Of a stretch of DNA of 64,000 bases, positions 24,235 to 39,896 are shown one piece after another. Numbering within the stretch: the stretch's first letter is position 1; each line of letters begins with the position of its first letter. Below the pieces are notes generated by a model. It made no database searches. It was not told the DNA's origin and saw nothing but the letters and a program-made list of their open reading frames with translations. The stretch is taken from the NCBI RefSeq assembly GCF_006345805.1, contig NC_043007.1, forward strand, positions 13,764,001 to 13,828,000, read 5' to 3'. This DNA is from Octopus sinensis. Its lineage: Eukaryota. Made by a program: the position numbers and the translations under genes.

Positions 24235-25302
24235 CATACATACACACATACATACATACATACAGATATATATATACACACATATATAAATACATACACA
24301 TACACTCATATATATACATATATCCCACTAATCTACTATGATCTATATAGTACATACATATATACACGCACATATATATATACAGACATATATATATATA
24401 TATATATACATATATATAAATACATATATATGTACATATATATACATATATATATGTATATATATATATATTTATATATATATATATATATTATAATATA
24501 TATATATGTATATATATATATATGTATATATATATACATATATATGTGTGCTTGTGTGTTTACACGTCTATAAATGTCTGGGTATACTTTTGTGTACTTA
24601 CCTACGTAGGTCTCTGGTTATATATATATGTGCGTTCACAAACATACATACGCGCTTAAGTATACTATACAGACCAACTTATTGTCATATACACACATGA
24701 ATCCGTGTGTGTACAGGAGCCTGAATGACCGTCATTGTACCCACATAGGAAGCGAGATTCGGAATGCCATATCAGTAATATTCTCGTTTGTTTTACATAA
24801 CTTAAAATATTAAATGGCAGTAAGTGGATCGATTTGAGAATAGACTGATACAGAAAGAGAATGTATATCCTGCCAGTTGAAAGAATATAGCGTTTTATTT
24901 TTTTTTTTAACACCCTCCATTTACATCGAATTCAGTTCAGTTCGGTGATGAATAGACTATTTTTCATTTTTTTTTTAAATTTCATTTTTGCTATATTTTG
25001 TGGGGGATTCATATCTAAGTTAGGTGGTTAATTTCATACGTCCTACGTCCACCTATGTATTATTTAATGCTTTGTGCTTGGTTATTCATAGAATCGTGGA
25101 TTTATCCTGCATCCGTGTATGCATGTGCATAGACTAACGCACACAAACATATAAATAGGTCTTACATATACATGTATATATGTATAGGTGTATATATATA
25201 TATATTTAGGTGTGTATATATATATTGCTAGGTCTTATGCTATCTATTTCTCTATCAATCTGTATTCTTCTTCGTCTCTTTGCCTATATATATATATTAT
25301 AT

Positions 25303-25334
<32 letters not shown>

Positions 25335-25421
25335 GTATATAATGTATATATTATATATAGATATATAATATCTTACATATATATATACATATATATTATG
25401 TATATTACATGTATGTATATA

Positions 25422-25463
<42 letters not shown>

Positions 25464-26268
25464 TACAGATATATATAATATATTTATATATATATATATA
25501 TATATTAATATATATATATACATATAATATATATATATATATATTATGTATGTATGTATGTATGTATGTATGTATGTATATTTAACATCTATGCTTGCTA
25601 AGGTATTAAATTCCGTGTAATATTCCATATTTTGAATTCATGCTGAGAATCATAAAATTTAAAAGAACAAACATATTTTCGGGTAAAATTTTAAAATGTC
25701 CTTCAATGCCTAAATTTTTTTCACGTTCGATTTAAGTAGTAAATGCATATTACTTGTTTAGAATTAACATTCAAATAAGTGTTCAATAATCGCAGTTTAA
25801 AATTTCTTGTAGCTTGTGTGTTAGGTGTTTTGTCTTGTAAATCCTGAGAGTTCTTCATGTTTAGCTTCGATTCTGAGATAATAGTGATGAGAAGTGAGAG
25901 AATAACGTGCCATCTCTATATATTTATTCATTATCGTATTTACTAAACTAAGGACAACATTATGGCTCTGTGCCTTTTATTTATTGGCACTTTATCTGAG
26001 AATGCTGTGGCTGACATCTCGAGCCATCAGGCAGAATATCACTCTTTTACCTCTATTTCGTTCTGGTGAATGTAAATATACATGTTTGAGTGTATGTATG
26101 CATATAAGCGAGTATATATACGTAAGGGAAGGACCGTGTGTGTGTGCTTGTATGTGTGTGCGTGGATGTATGCATGCATATGTATATGTATGAACATATA
26201 TTGTACACACATATATATATATATATAAATATATATATATATACATATATATACGCAGATAGATAGAC

Positions 26269-26331
<63 letters not shown>

Positions 26332-26336
26332 CAGAC

Positions 26337-26400
<64 letters not shown>

Positions 26401-26477
26401 TAGAAGAAAAAGAATCCAGTAATCCAGGCCTATACTCAAGGCAGGATACTTGCGAACACGGGCAAATGGAATGTGTG

Positions 26478-26650
26478 GAAAGTTTTGGTATGCTTTGGGA
26501 GTTTTCTTTCGACGAGGAGGTTTTTCCATCTTTCTCAAAGGCTGTCATTACTTTCGAGACAGTACTTCTTGATACACCAAGCATTTCGGCTGTTTTCATT
26601 ATGCTAGCGCCTGCCATACGGGCACCGACATTTGACCTCTTTGATACAAC
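26478..26650 (-). pseudogene. Tc1-family transposase N-terminal (paired/HTH) fragment
   Basis: KRGQ(fs)VGARMAGASIMKTAEMLGVSRSTVSKVMTAFEKDGKTSSSKENSQSIPKLS, the typical Tc1 'RGQIVGAR.AGAS..KTA..LGVSR.TVSKV' pattern. Confidence 0.85.
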
Positions 26651-26793
26651 AATTTTAGTAAAACATATTAAGCAACACTAATTATGAATATAATAAAACA
26701 TAAAAATATACTAGCTTTTGACGCTTTCATAGATATTTCAAAATTATTATGCTATGATGCTAGATGTTTTCATTATTTTGTCTAACCCCTATA

Positions 26794-26955
26794 TATATAG
26801 CTGAAGGATTAAAATTAATCAAAGGACATACTAGGTATGTTTACCCGCTGGAAATATCAATCAAAACTCTTATAAACAAGAGTTTTGACTGTTACGTACA
26901 GCAGGTAGACATAATTAGTATGTCCTTTGATTAATTTTAATCCTTCAGCTATATA
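26794..26955. repeat. 162-bp fold-back palindrome (MITE-like)
   Basis: Perfect 40-bp terminal arms, a 17-bp imperfect arm and an 11-bp perfect inner arm around a 6-nt loop; TA-rich ends. Confidence 0.9.
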
Positions 26956-27093
26956 ATGTTTTTTTTTTGGACCTGCAATCGCCTATATCATTGATTCTGT
27001 TATTATCATTTTTAAACTGTTACACTAGATAATAACAGAGTCAATGGTGTCTTCGCAATTAATTTTTCCGTGAATTATTTGCACCGTATTGAA

Positions 27094-27161
<68 letters not shown>

Positions 27162-27926
27162 GTGTGTATGCATGTGTGTATGTATGTATGTATGTGTTTG
27201 TGTGTGTGTATCTATATGTATTTGTGTACTTATGTGTGCGATACTCCAAGGGCTTGTAAAATCAAAAGATCCTCTATCTAATAAACACATACATACTCCC
27301 TATTAGATACTGAGTTCTGTTCCTCTTCTTTATGAAACCAAACTTATTCGTGGACACACGTGTACACAAACGTGTGCACACGTATATGTCACGTGCAAAT
27401 GTGTCTATTATATCAACAGCTGACAGACAACTCTGGCTGGATTGTTCAGGAATGCCATGAGAAGCAGAGACGTTGAAGACATCAAGGGACTGCAATCTCT
27501 TTTACTTTGGCGATGCTGGTGACGTCTCTCTCTATCTCTCTCTCTCCATCAGTCTCTGTCTCTGTCTCTATCTGTCTCTCTCTCCCTCTGCCTCTGTCTC
27601 TGTCTATCTGTTTCTCTCTCGAGTCATCAGCCGTGTCACGCACAACACTCGTGATCATCCCATTAAGATACAAATAAAGTCTGTTTCTAAATGCAAAGAA
27701 GATTGAATGTGTGACCACCAATGAGGATCAAAGCCAGTCTGTTCTAGCGAGAACATATGATTCAAACAGCCTATACCATGAAGTTCCTTGGTTTCTATTC
27801 TGCTGATAATAACATGTTTTGAAACCACAAAGTATTTTAAATTCCGTATAAGTTGCTTTCTTTTGAGCATGTGAACAAACCGTTCCACCCCCATGGAGCC
27901 GAAACACGGAATATGAAGATGCTTAC

Positions 27927-27967
27927 AGTTTGGCTGAATAGTACAGGAATCGGGTTTCACGTGAAGG
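27927..27967 (-). CDS. Candidate small exon (41 nt)
   Basis: Pyrimidine tract with TTTTAAG acceptor and GTAAGC donor; reads PSRETRFLYYSAK or LHVKPDSCTIQPN. No homology recognised. Confidence 0.22.
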
Positions 27968-28733
27968 CTTAAAACATCACATGGAGCGAGTACAAGGATA
28001 AAGAGGAAAATAGTGGACAAATAGTACCCATATCTATGGCTTCACATTTAGACACAAGACCAATAATAAGTCGATTCATTTGATGTCATGCTCGTCTGGT
28101 TGTTATTTTATCAGCCCCGAAAAAAATGGAAGGGTAAATTGGCATCGGTGGAATTTGAACTCTGAACATTAAGACTTACAAAATGCTGGTAAGCATTTTG
28201 CCTGGCTCGCTACCTGCAATACCAGTTCTCAGCGTTACGCATATCTTACATTATTGCTCAAAGCATGGTAGGCTTTTGTTACTGGAAGTTAATCACTACA
28301 TGAAATTCAACACCTACCGAAAAGATTACTGGCGTAGTACTGTGGGACATATCTCGGAGGCAGGTGATTGAGGAATGTATATCAGTTTATATAGTATAGC
28401 ATGTATAAATACACATGTACTTATGTGAATGTGTGTGTGTATAATTTTCATATATATATCTCGCTTTGTCTCTGCCTTTCTCTCTTGCACTTCCTCTTTC
28501 TTTCTTTCTTTCTTTTTTCCCTCTCCATATATATATTTATATTTATTTATACATATTGTACTTATTGTATCATATTACTCATTGATGTGCTTTTTGTTCT
28601 GTACTATTATGTTTGACCTGATGTTCATTATGTAGTTGGTTAATAAATTATGTGAATGGGTATTATCTGGTAGTTTGATTATTGATTAAGGTGTATTTCT
28701 CCATTTTCGTATTTTGTATATATTATATATTAT

Positions 28734-28786
<53 letters not shown>

Positions 28787-29779
28787 TATTAGGTTAGCCA
28801 GATTGGAGCAATCTCAAAATTAATCTGCAGAGATTGCGAGGATGATCCGGTTCTTGACTGAGGATAGAAAGCCTCGAATGACCCATCCTTTTTTTTTTGC
28901 ATCGACTATCTGGATGTTTAGTTGTCCCTTTTTGTATCACCTAGTTGTCCGGATGTTTTGCGTTCTTGTCCCATTTTGTATTATATATATATAATATACA
29001 CACAGAGACAGAGAGAAATCACACGTGCAGAATAACAGAAAAAGATATATATGGATACAAAGGCAAATACATATAAATTTATAATATATAATATATAGTA
29101 TATAATATATGTATGTATTTATGTTTGTATATAAGTATGTATGTTTAAACGTGTGTGTGGTAAGGCTTCAGCAAGTAGAATGTCATTCGATTAGCAGACA
29201 GTAAAATAATCTTATTATAATAAAAACCACATGACTTGTGAAATAGAGATTTCCTGGTCAAAATACTAATATATTTCGCCACTTTACAAGCTAATAAAAA
29301 CAACAACAGCCACCCCCATATGTATATATATAGACATATATATATATATATTTATTTTTTATTTTTTATATATTTTATAATATATATATATATTATATAT
29401 ATATATATACACATATATATACATATATATATGCATATATAATATATATATACATACATACATATATATGTATATTATATATATATTATATTCATATATG
29501 CATATGTACTACAAATGTGCACATACCTACATATTATATGTATATACATATACATATATGAGTACAGGACGTCACAGAACGTACACAACATGAAATACGA
29601 AAACATGGAATACGAACATTTTTGCGAACTACGAAGAAACAAACGGCAGAGAAGACAAGCAACATAAAGAACCACCGTTATATATAATTATATATATATA
29701 ATATATATATATATATTATATGTATGTAGTATGTATGTATGTATGCATATAAATGTTATTACACACATATATACGTCTT

Positions 29780-29813
<34 letters not shown>

Positions 29814-30552
29814 TGTATGTATGTATGTATGTATGTATGTATGTATGTATATATATATATATATATTTACACGCACATGTATTCACTTGTGCCTATGTAA
29901 TGAGTGGTGCGTGAAGGTACGTTTTTGTTACGCTTATGAGTATGAATGAGTCTGTATTAGTTATTTGAGTGTAAGACAGTGTGTATAATATGTGTGTATA
30001 TGAACGAGCTGGTGGGCAATTGTATCTCTGAACATTGTTAATACGCATGTTTTCATGTAGAATCATATGCGTGTGCGCTTGTGTGTGTTTCTGTGTTTAC
30101 GATTGTGTATATATGTACGTGTGTGTGTACCCTCGTTTGTGTATAAGTGCATGAGTGTATGAAAATCTGAATGTGTGCCTTAGCATGTATTTGTATAAAG
30201 AATAATGATTGCAGACAATACATAGGAAATGACTGATTCGTTTTGCCAATGTATTGTGTTGAGTCTACCGTGATGTGTACATTGTACAAGACGCAGATAG
30301 GAAGTGTGTGTATGTTTGTGAGAAAAAGTGGAGTATAGATAGATAAATAGAGCGAGAGAAAGAGAGCAGAGAGAAACAAACAGGCAGGCAGATAGAGACA
30401 CTGATTGAGAGACAGATAGTCAAATAGATAGTTAGATAAATTGATAGATATATAGATACATACATACATACACATACATACATAGGTAAGTAGATAGACA
30501 GATAGATACATATCTAGATAGATAGATACACACACACACACACACACACACA

Positions 30553-30601
<49 letters not shown>

Positions 30602-30914
30602 TAGATATATAGATATATATATATAGAGAGAGAGAGGACAGTCACACACAGAGATAGATAGATACACACATACATACATACATACATGCATACATGCATG
30701 CATACATACATACATACATACATACATACATACATACATAGGTAGGTAAGTAGATAGGGAGATAGATGGACAGACAGACAGATAGATAGAGAGAGAGGGG
30801 GAGAGAGAGAGGCACACAGACAGACAGGCACACAGACAGACATGCAGACAGACAGACAAATAGACAGACAGTTAGACAGATAGATGGAAAGAGAGAGAGG
30901 AGGTGTCGACAGAC

Positions 30915-31145
<231 letters not shown>

Positions 31146-31416
31146 ATTAGGGAGTTAAAAAATTAGAGATGTGTGTATGTGATGATACTTCCTTGTGCTG
31201 ATTTGTGTTGATATTTTCTGCTGTTCAGTGACTGGAATGGTCGATCGGACTATAGAATGGCACAGTTGTTCTTAGACAAAAGTTTGCTGTTGCATAAATG
31301 CGAATACAGTTGTACGACATTCTGATTTTTTTTTCTTTTGTGTGTGTCCGTTTTTTTTTTTGCATGCGTGTGTGTATGTGTACTTGTTTATTGAATATAT
31401 TAACATAAAAAAAAAA

Positions 31417-31450
<34 letters not shown>

Positions 31451-31555
31451 GTAATAGTAATAGTAATAGTCGTAGTAGTAGTAATAATAATAATGATAAT
31501 AATAATAATAATAATAATAATAATAGTAATAGTAATAGTAATAGTCGTAGTAGTA

Positions 31556-31595
<40 letters not shown>

Positions 31596-31655
31596 TAATA
31601 ATAATATAATATAATAATATAATAATAACGATAATAATAATAATAATAATAATAA

Positions 31656-31702
<47 letters not shown>

Positions 31703-32002
31703 GTTTTCCAACCAATAACAACCACGCCCCAGATAACCATCATAGGAATACTAATAAATAGAAGAACAAGATACGGAAGAAGCAAGAGGAAGCAGAAGAA
31801 GAAGAAGAAGAAGAAGAAGAAGAAGAAGAAGAAGAAGGAGAAGAAGAAGAAGAAGAAGAGAAGAAGAAGAAGAAAACAACAACAGCAACAATGATGGCTA
31901 CGACGTCGACGACAATAACAACAAGATTGCGACAACGACGACGACGGCGAAGACGCCACCACGATGATAACGACGACTATGACGGTGACAATGACGGTGA
32001 CA

Positions 32003-32043
<41 letters not shown>

Positions 32044-32231
32044 TTTTGTTGTTGATGCGATGAAGAGGCAAGAAACCGAGAGGAAGTATGGAGGAAATTG
32101 CGGCGGAAAAAGATAGCGCATCGAAAGAAAGAAATTGAAAAAAAAAAACAATAATAATAATAATAATAATAATAATATTAATAATAATAATAATAAAAAT
32201 AATAATAATAATTATTATTATTATTTAATAA

Positions 32232-32265
<34 letters not shown>

Positions 32266-32275
32266 TAATAATAAT

Positions 32276-32334
<59 letters not shown>

Positions 32335-32335
32335 C
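31417..32335 (+). repeat. Compound trinucleotide block: (AAT)n, (AAG)n, (GAC/GAT)n, (AAT)n
   Basis: Seen directly; explains the 308-aa low-complexity ORF. Confidence 0.95.
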
Positions 32336-33092
32336 ATAATCGTTCCAAGAAAATAAACAAAAGTAAGGAAGAAAATACAAACAATAAAAAGAAACTAATG
32401 AAAACAAGAAGACGAAAGAAATATAAAGAGAAAGGGACAAGAAAGAACTCCTTGGTTGCCTCCTGTGCCAGCCCTTATCTGTTGACAATGATCTTAGTGA
32501 GTTAATGATAATAGGCCTGAGTTTTAAACAGTGGGTTTATCAAAAGGAATTTTGAAAACAATTAACTCCTTTCATTTCTGTTCTGACTAAAGAATGTTTT
32601 ACAACTCATTTGTACTCCTGACAGGGGCCTACAGCTCAGACGTACTCTTAAAATTTGCTGTGCTATTCACCTTTAGTCATCAATTGCTGGGTTTTTTCTT
32701 TCTATGTTTGTTGTTTGTTTCTAGATTTGAAGAAGGTTTTCAATTTGCCCCCTTCTCCATACGTGTACACAAAGTTCTTTGGCTTATGCAGTTTGCCCCT
32801 GTTTCATAAGGTACATTATTTCCCTTTTTGAATTTTTATTTATTTATATTTTGGGGGGTTTATTTGTATGTTCTTAATTTTTAGGGGATTGGCGCAGTTT
32901 ATTTTTTATTATTTCTTCTATCACTGTGTTTATATTTTTTTTCCTCAAAAAGTTTTATACAAATAAATATATACGTGTGCGTGTATCTGTGTGTGTGAGA
33001 AAGTACGTTTGTGGGTTTATGGCTGCGTATGCAAAATTATATATCTATATATCTATATATATACATATATATATATTATATATATACATTAT

Positions 33093-33127
<35 letters not shown>

Positions 33128-33602
33128 TATCCATATATATCTACTATAATATATACATATAAATATATAATTATTCATATATATACATATATTATTAGGT
33201 GTTATACACGCGTGTGAGTGTGCTTGTATTTATTAGGTACTAAAAATTCTCTTTCTTCTTCTGTCCTTTATTTTATCTTCATTTTCTTTTTCACTTACAT
33301 ACAAAACTAAAAGGCAATAAATAAATATATGAATGAATAAATAAATAAATAAATAAATAAATAAGAGTCCTGATTGTCTTAAAGAGAAAATGAACACATC
33401 TTAAATAAATAATCAAATGGAAAAATAAAGATAGTTTTACGTCTGTTGAAGCTACCCATCTCTTTGGCTAAAATGCTTAGCATTGTTTTGTTCTTTCTGG
33501 TTAATCTTTCCTCACTAGCTCTACCATCCAAATAGCAGAATCAATATTATCACCATCATATCACCGTTCTTCTATAGAAGTTATTTTGTAAATTAAACTC
33601 AC

Positions 33603-33654
33603 CCTTTGTTATCAGTTCATTCACTCGATTCTCAACTTGTTTAATCACCGCCAT
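33603..33654 (-). CDS. Candidate coding exon MAVIKQVENRVNELITK(G)
   Basis: AAGATGGCG (strong Kozak context), 17 open codons, then a GTGAGT donor. No homology recognised and the acceptor is weak. Confidence 0.3.
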
Positions 33655-34752
33655 CTTTTGTTCTCCGGAGTTTGTGTATGCGCGTATGTGTGTATATGCA
33701 TGCATATATATATATATATATGTTTGCGCTTGTGTGTATAGATGTATATGTATGCATTTATATATATGAATATATGTATGTATATATGTATGTGTATATA
33801 TATCTATATGAATATATTGTATGTATATAGGGTTATGTGTGTATATATGCCTGTATATATATATTTATATATATATATACACACTTATAGATACATGGAT
33901 AAAGAGCAAGAGAGATACAGATAGATAGATACATACATACATACATACACATGTGCATACACATACACACGTATATACATACATTTATACATATATACAC
34001 ACACACGCACACAACCTTCTACTCAACTGACTCTTTTTAGTCAAGTTTATTTTTGATTTATCCTCCATTTTTTACGTCTCTTTTACCTCAATTTCTTATT
34101 TCCTGTTCTGCTTTTTATTTCATTTCTTAAAATTTTCCACTAGATTTTTTTTCATCGCAATTTATTACGAATTCTTTTGTGTTTTGTTTTGTTTTGTTTT
34201 GTTTTTTTCCTATATTATTGTTGCTTCAGTTACCATTCTATTTTACTTCGTCATACAATTTACTGTTTTATTCTTAAACAAACATTATCGTTGTCATCGT
34301 CATGCTGCTTTTCACTGAAGTGAAATTTGAAAAGAAACTGTGCCAAGTTCTTTGTAGAAACAACGACGACAACACCAACAACAAAAATAACAACAAAAGT
34401 ATGAAAAAAACCGAATGTGTCACCCTCTTAATGAAGGAATGATTCCAGAAAAGGGCTCTCAATAGAACGTCGGTTTTCAATAGTCGAAGCTTTTACATTT
34501 TTTCTAGACCATAAAAATGTGTTATCCTTCTTCCTTTTTTTTTCTTTGCACTTATTTATTTTAAAGGTTCATATACATATACACACACTGGGACCCACAC
34601 CCAAGCACACACATATATACACATATATACGTTCTCACCTCAAACAAATCCACAGATATACGTACGAAAGAAACAAAAACTATGATGATAATAAAGACAT
34701 CAAGTGTTAGAATAAAATGAAGCACAAATATATATATATATATATACTAATA

Positions 34753-34807
<55 letters not shown>

Positions 34808-35478
34808 CACGTACACATTTACGCACTCACGCACAACTTGCATTGATAGAGGACAATAATAACCACGAGAGAGAGGGGAGAGATGATGTGTGTGTGTGTG
34901 TGTCTGTCTGTCTGTCTGTCTATGTGAGTGTGCATGTGTGTGCATGTGTGGCAGAGAGACAGATAGAAGAGTGGAGAGTGCTGTGTTGATAGAAGTGTGG
35001 AGAGAAAGAGGTGGCGAGTAAGGTGAAGAAAGACGTGGAGAGTGAGATTAATTTTGTATTGTAAAGCAATCACTAAGCTATGTGTGCAGTCCTTTCTGAA
35101 TGACACAGCATCAAATGGAAATTTTGCTATTTCCTGCCAACGTTTTACCACAAAATACACTATCTTGAACAAAACGCTTCCGATCTATATCAAAGATAAT
35201 TCCTTACACTCACTTAACTTCTTGAATAGCCGGAAAGTCAACATTCTGAAATGGTTTGCCAAGAAGCATGCTGTTATTGTGAAAATATAGTTAAGTATTT
35301 TATATAACCTGAACAATATCACCCATCGACATCACTATCTCGCTAGAAATTGGTCCAAAAGAAATCATTAAGTAAATGGAAATAAAACAATAAAAAGAAG
35401 AGATCTTTTCTTCAGTGTTAGCAGTAAATTTTCCAAATGTATCAGTGTGTCTCTGCCTTCGTTCATCATTAGCAAGTT

Positions 35479-35896
35479 CCTATTTCTTTACTACCCACAA
35501 GGGGCTAAACACAGACAGGACAAACAAGGACAGACAAACGGATTAAGTCGATTAAATCGACCCCAGTGCGTAACTGGTACTTATTTAATCGACCCCGAAA
35601 GGATGAAAGGCAAAGTCGACCTCGGCAGAATTTGAACTCAAAACGTAGCGGTAGACGAAATACCTATTTCTTTACTACCCACAAGGGGCTAAACACAGAG
35701 GGGACAAACAAGGACAGACAAACGGATTAAGTCGATTATATCGACCCCCAGTGCGTAACTGGTACTTATTTAATCGACCCCGAAAGGATGAATGGCAAAG
35801 TCGACCTTGGCGGAATTTGAACTCAGAACGTAACAGCAGACGAAATACTGCAAAGCATTTCGTCCGGCGTGCTAACGTTTCAGCCAGCGCGCCGCC
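35479..35896 (-). mobile_element. SINE family B dimer within one TSD-like repeat
   Basis: Two tandem bodies joined at AAAGAAATAGG|TATTTCGTC. TTAGCAAGTTC flanks the pair at 35469-35479 and 35904-35914. Confidence 0.88.
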
Positions 35897-36461
35897 TTCG
35901 TCTTTAGCAAGTTCTCCTTTTAATCACTTAATTTAAGCAAATTTAATCCAATTTGACCGCCATTTACTCTTTTCAACGGCCACTTGATATCCATACCCCA
36001 TTCTCTTGACAATTGTATTTTTTCTCTTTTTTTTACATTCTTGGAAATGCGCATTGTCTACGTTTGCTCGGTGAAACATTCCCCCAAACACAGCTTCACC
36101 TACTGGTCAAATAAATGATAGACAAAGGTCGCCTAAAAAACATACTTTTGGTTCAACCCAATTGCGTAATGACTAGAGTTACTAGAAAGAGCAACCAAGT
36201 CTCCCAGGCCCTGAAGAAGATTAGACCGAATAAATACTGGTAAATTTGAAGTTACATACAAGATTTGCAAAATATAACAAAGCAATACTACTAATACTAC
36301 TACTACTACGACGACGACGACGACGACGACTACTACTACTACTACTAGTGCTGCTGCTGCTGCGGCTACTGCCGCCACCGTCACATCCACCACCACAACT
36401 ACTACTAATAATAATACCACAAGCAGCATCAGCACCAGTACTACCAACACCACCACCACCA

Positions 36462-36495
<34 letters not shown>

Positions 36496-36604
36496 AACTA
36501 CTACTACTACAACAACTACTAATATTCCTCCTAATAATAAGAAAACGTTAAAAACAGTTTACCAGAAAGTGTTTAAGAAAGTAATCAGAACGGGACTCCA
36601 AAAA

Positions 36605-36923
36605 GTAGAGTTCAATAAAAATCACATGTTTGTTTAGTAGTAATATATATATATATCTATAATATATATATATATATATAATATTATATATAATATATAT
36701 ATATATTATAATATATATACAGAAGGAGATATATTTAGAATTTACAAAAATTGTAGAGGAAACTTATCTTTCTGACATTTCTCTTGTGTGTAGCTAAAGA
36801 GAAAATGCCAGAAAGATAAGTTATTCCTCTACAATATTTTGTAAATTCTAAATATTTTTCTTTTTAGGTATATATATATATATATATATACTACCAAACA
36901 ACAAGATTTTTATTGAACTCTAC
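36605..36923. repeat. ~320-bp palindromic element (MITE/fold-back) with (TA)n in both arms
   Basis: Outer 19-bp perfect inverted repeat GTAGAGTTCAATAAAAATC. Inner arms ATATTTAGAATTTACAAAA, ATTGTAGAGGA and AACTTATCTTTCTG all have reverse-complement partners. Confidence 0.88.
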
Positions 36924-37092
36924 ATGACCATAGAATTGCACCTACCGAGTTCCCCTCCGAGGCAAAAGTTCGGGCAAAGTTGTTTGTGGAAGACCACACA
37001 CACATATATACACACATACATATATATATTTATATATATGTATGTGTGACCGATCGACTCCTTGCAAGTACATTTGGTAACTGAAACGTCTT

Positions 37093-37152
<60 letters not shown>

Positions 37153-37649
37153 TGTGTATGTGTGTGTGTTGTGTGTGCGTGTTACTTCTGAAGATTCACC
37201 GGCGCAATTTCGAAATCACAGCTATTTATGTTTAAATTTTTATGGAAATAAATAGCTGCTTTTCTTTTTCTTTTACCGATATTTGAGTTCTCTTACGACG
37301 TAGTATTTGTTTCTTTTTGAATATTAATAAACACAATATAACTCTCATTACCAACGACCAGCCATTTTATATTTTGTATAAGAACACAGCATAACTGTTA
37401 TAGATAAACACAAACATACACTCCCACACATTTATAACCATACGTATACATATTGTGTTCGTATGTGATCTTTCGGCGTACGTTCACGTAGAATGTAAAC
37501 GTCATTATGTAAGATATATATATATATATACATGTATATATATGTGTAAATGTGTACATATACACACATGAATATATCTATGTGTGTATGTACATATATA
37601 CATACACACACACACACACAAACAAGCATATCTAAGTATGTGTATATAC

Positions 37650-37728
<79 letters not shown>

Positions 37729-37749
37729 ATATGTACATATATATATATA

Positions 37750-37803
<54 letters not shown>

Positions 37804-37861
37804 GTACATATACACAAACAAACATATACACAAACAAACATATACAGAAACAAACAACACA

Positions 37862-37902
<41 letters not shown>

Positions 37903-38684
37903 TTTTGTTCTTGTAAATCTTATATTCTTACATACAAAAAAATTGACAGAACAAGCAACACAACGTGTGCTAAACCAAAACCATATTATGCCTAATTAAC
38001 AAAATCAAAATGTTGTTAAAAGTTAGCGATAAGATAAAATATATTTTAAAGTGAGTGTCAGTTCTATAAGAGCAATGCCTAATAAAGAAAATAGACAAAG
38101 ACGCGACGTGTCAGTTAGTCCAGATACTTAAGTGACACTATCTGTGGAGCTAGATTATAGATCCAGACATTTCTTGACAGAATTTATCAGATTCTAGAGC
38201 GTGACAAGAAAGTGGTTATAATACTTGAATACCGAAGTCATGTCATATACATGTATACATATATATATAAATGTGCTTCTCTGTATGTATATACGAATGC
38301 ATATGCGCATACATATATTCATATATATTTATGTATGTGTGTGCATGTGTGTGAGTGTGCATATGTATGTATAAATATATATTTCTGTGTATGTGTATAT
38401 ACATATATATATATGTGTGTGTGTGTATATATATACATATATACACGCTCATATTATACATATACATGTATATATATATATATATATATACATACATTTG
38501 CATATACAGATATGTATGTATGTGTGTGTGCGTGTATATAATAAAATATAAATTATATAATATATATATATAATATATACATACATATACATATATATAT
38601 ATATATATATGCATACTTATGATATATACATTCATATATACATATATGTTTATCTATCTATCTCTATACACACATACATACACT

Positions 38685-38722
<38 letters not shown>

Positions 38723-39124
38723 GAAATTATAAATCTATATAAAATGACATATACATCTATTTTTAACTATGTATATATAAGTATGTATGTATGTATGTAT
38801 GTATGTATATGAGAGAGAGAGGGGAGGGGGAGAGAGGGGGGAGAGAGAGAGGGGGGAGAGAGAGAGGGGGAGAGAGAGAGAGAGAGAGAAGCACAATCTT
38901 TGATATCCGGCCTTCTTGTGTACAGTGCACGAACTGTCGTTGACCGCATAAATATTCACATCTCACCATTATAGTTTCCTACTCATATTTTCCGTTACTG
39001 CAAGTGTCGTCACATCCGCCCAATTCGCAGAGCTTTCTTTTGCACAATCGATTGCCATCTGAAACCTGCATCGAAGAATTATAGCCAGCTGATCCACAAT
39101 AATATTGCGATACTATTTCTTCCA

Positions 39125-39153
39125 ATTATTTTTATTATTGTTATTGTTTATTA

Positions 39154-39206
<53 letters not shown>

Positions 39207-39210
39207 ATTA

Positions 39211-39249
<39 letters not shown>

Positions 39250-39439
39250 TTTATTATTATTATTATTATTATTATATTATTATTATTATTATTATTCTTA
39301 TTATTATTATTATATTGTTATTATTATTATTATTATTATATTGTTATTATTATTATTATTATTATCATCACCATAATCATCATCATCATCATCATCTTCA
39401 TCCTTATCTTCCTCCTCCTACTCCTCAAAATCATCATCA

Positions 39440-39488
<49 letters not shown>

Positions 39489-39490
39489 AC
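39125..39490 (+). repeat. (ATT)n/(ATC)n microsatellite
   Basis: Seen directly. Confidence 0.97.
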
Positions 39491-39896
39491 CGCATTTTCT
39501 GCTCATGAAATGCACTATTTTCTTCGGAAAATATTCTCTCAATATTTGCCTGTAAAATATTGCACAGAAATGTGAAGTATTACAGCATTCAAAATTTTAT
39601 ATACAACCCTGAGCTCGTCAAATATTTCCGCAAATTTGAATTCATTCATAAGAATTATATTCCAGTGCTATAATAATAAACATTTATATTCGTTTTGTAA
39701 TTTGCAGATTTTAAGTCATAAATTTAGGATGGTTTTCCGTCACTTGTTTTGCTTGGATGATATGTCACTTGGTATACGTTCGCGTCCAAGCGTCGAAATT
39801 AAGTGTTTTAAACAGTGAATACATTAGTAAAAAGCTGTGGGCAATAGTTTTAGTTGTAACTGGTAACACAGGCGACACAAAGCTCGCGTATTTAGT

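Noticed and set aside
27655-28020. 121-aa ORF as a single-exon gene
   Set aside because: It has a non-ATG start and no recognisable domain. Only an internal 41-nt splice-bounded segment was kept, at low confidence.
19755-28982. Ribozyme within the two-copy repeat (CTGA(A/G)GA...GAAT)
   Set aside because: No convincing stem II or stem I, and GAAA is absent in both copies.
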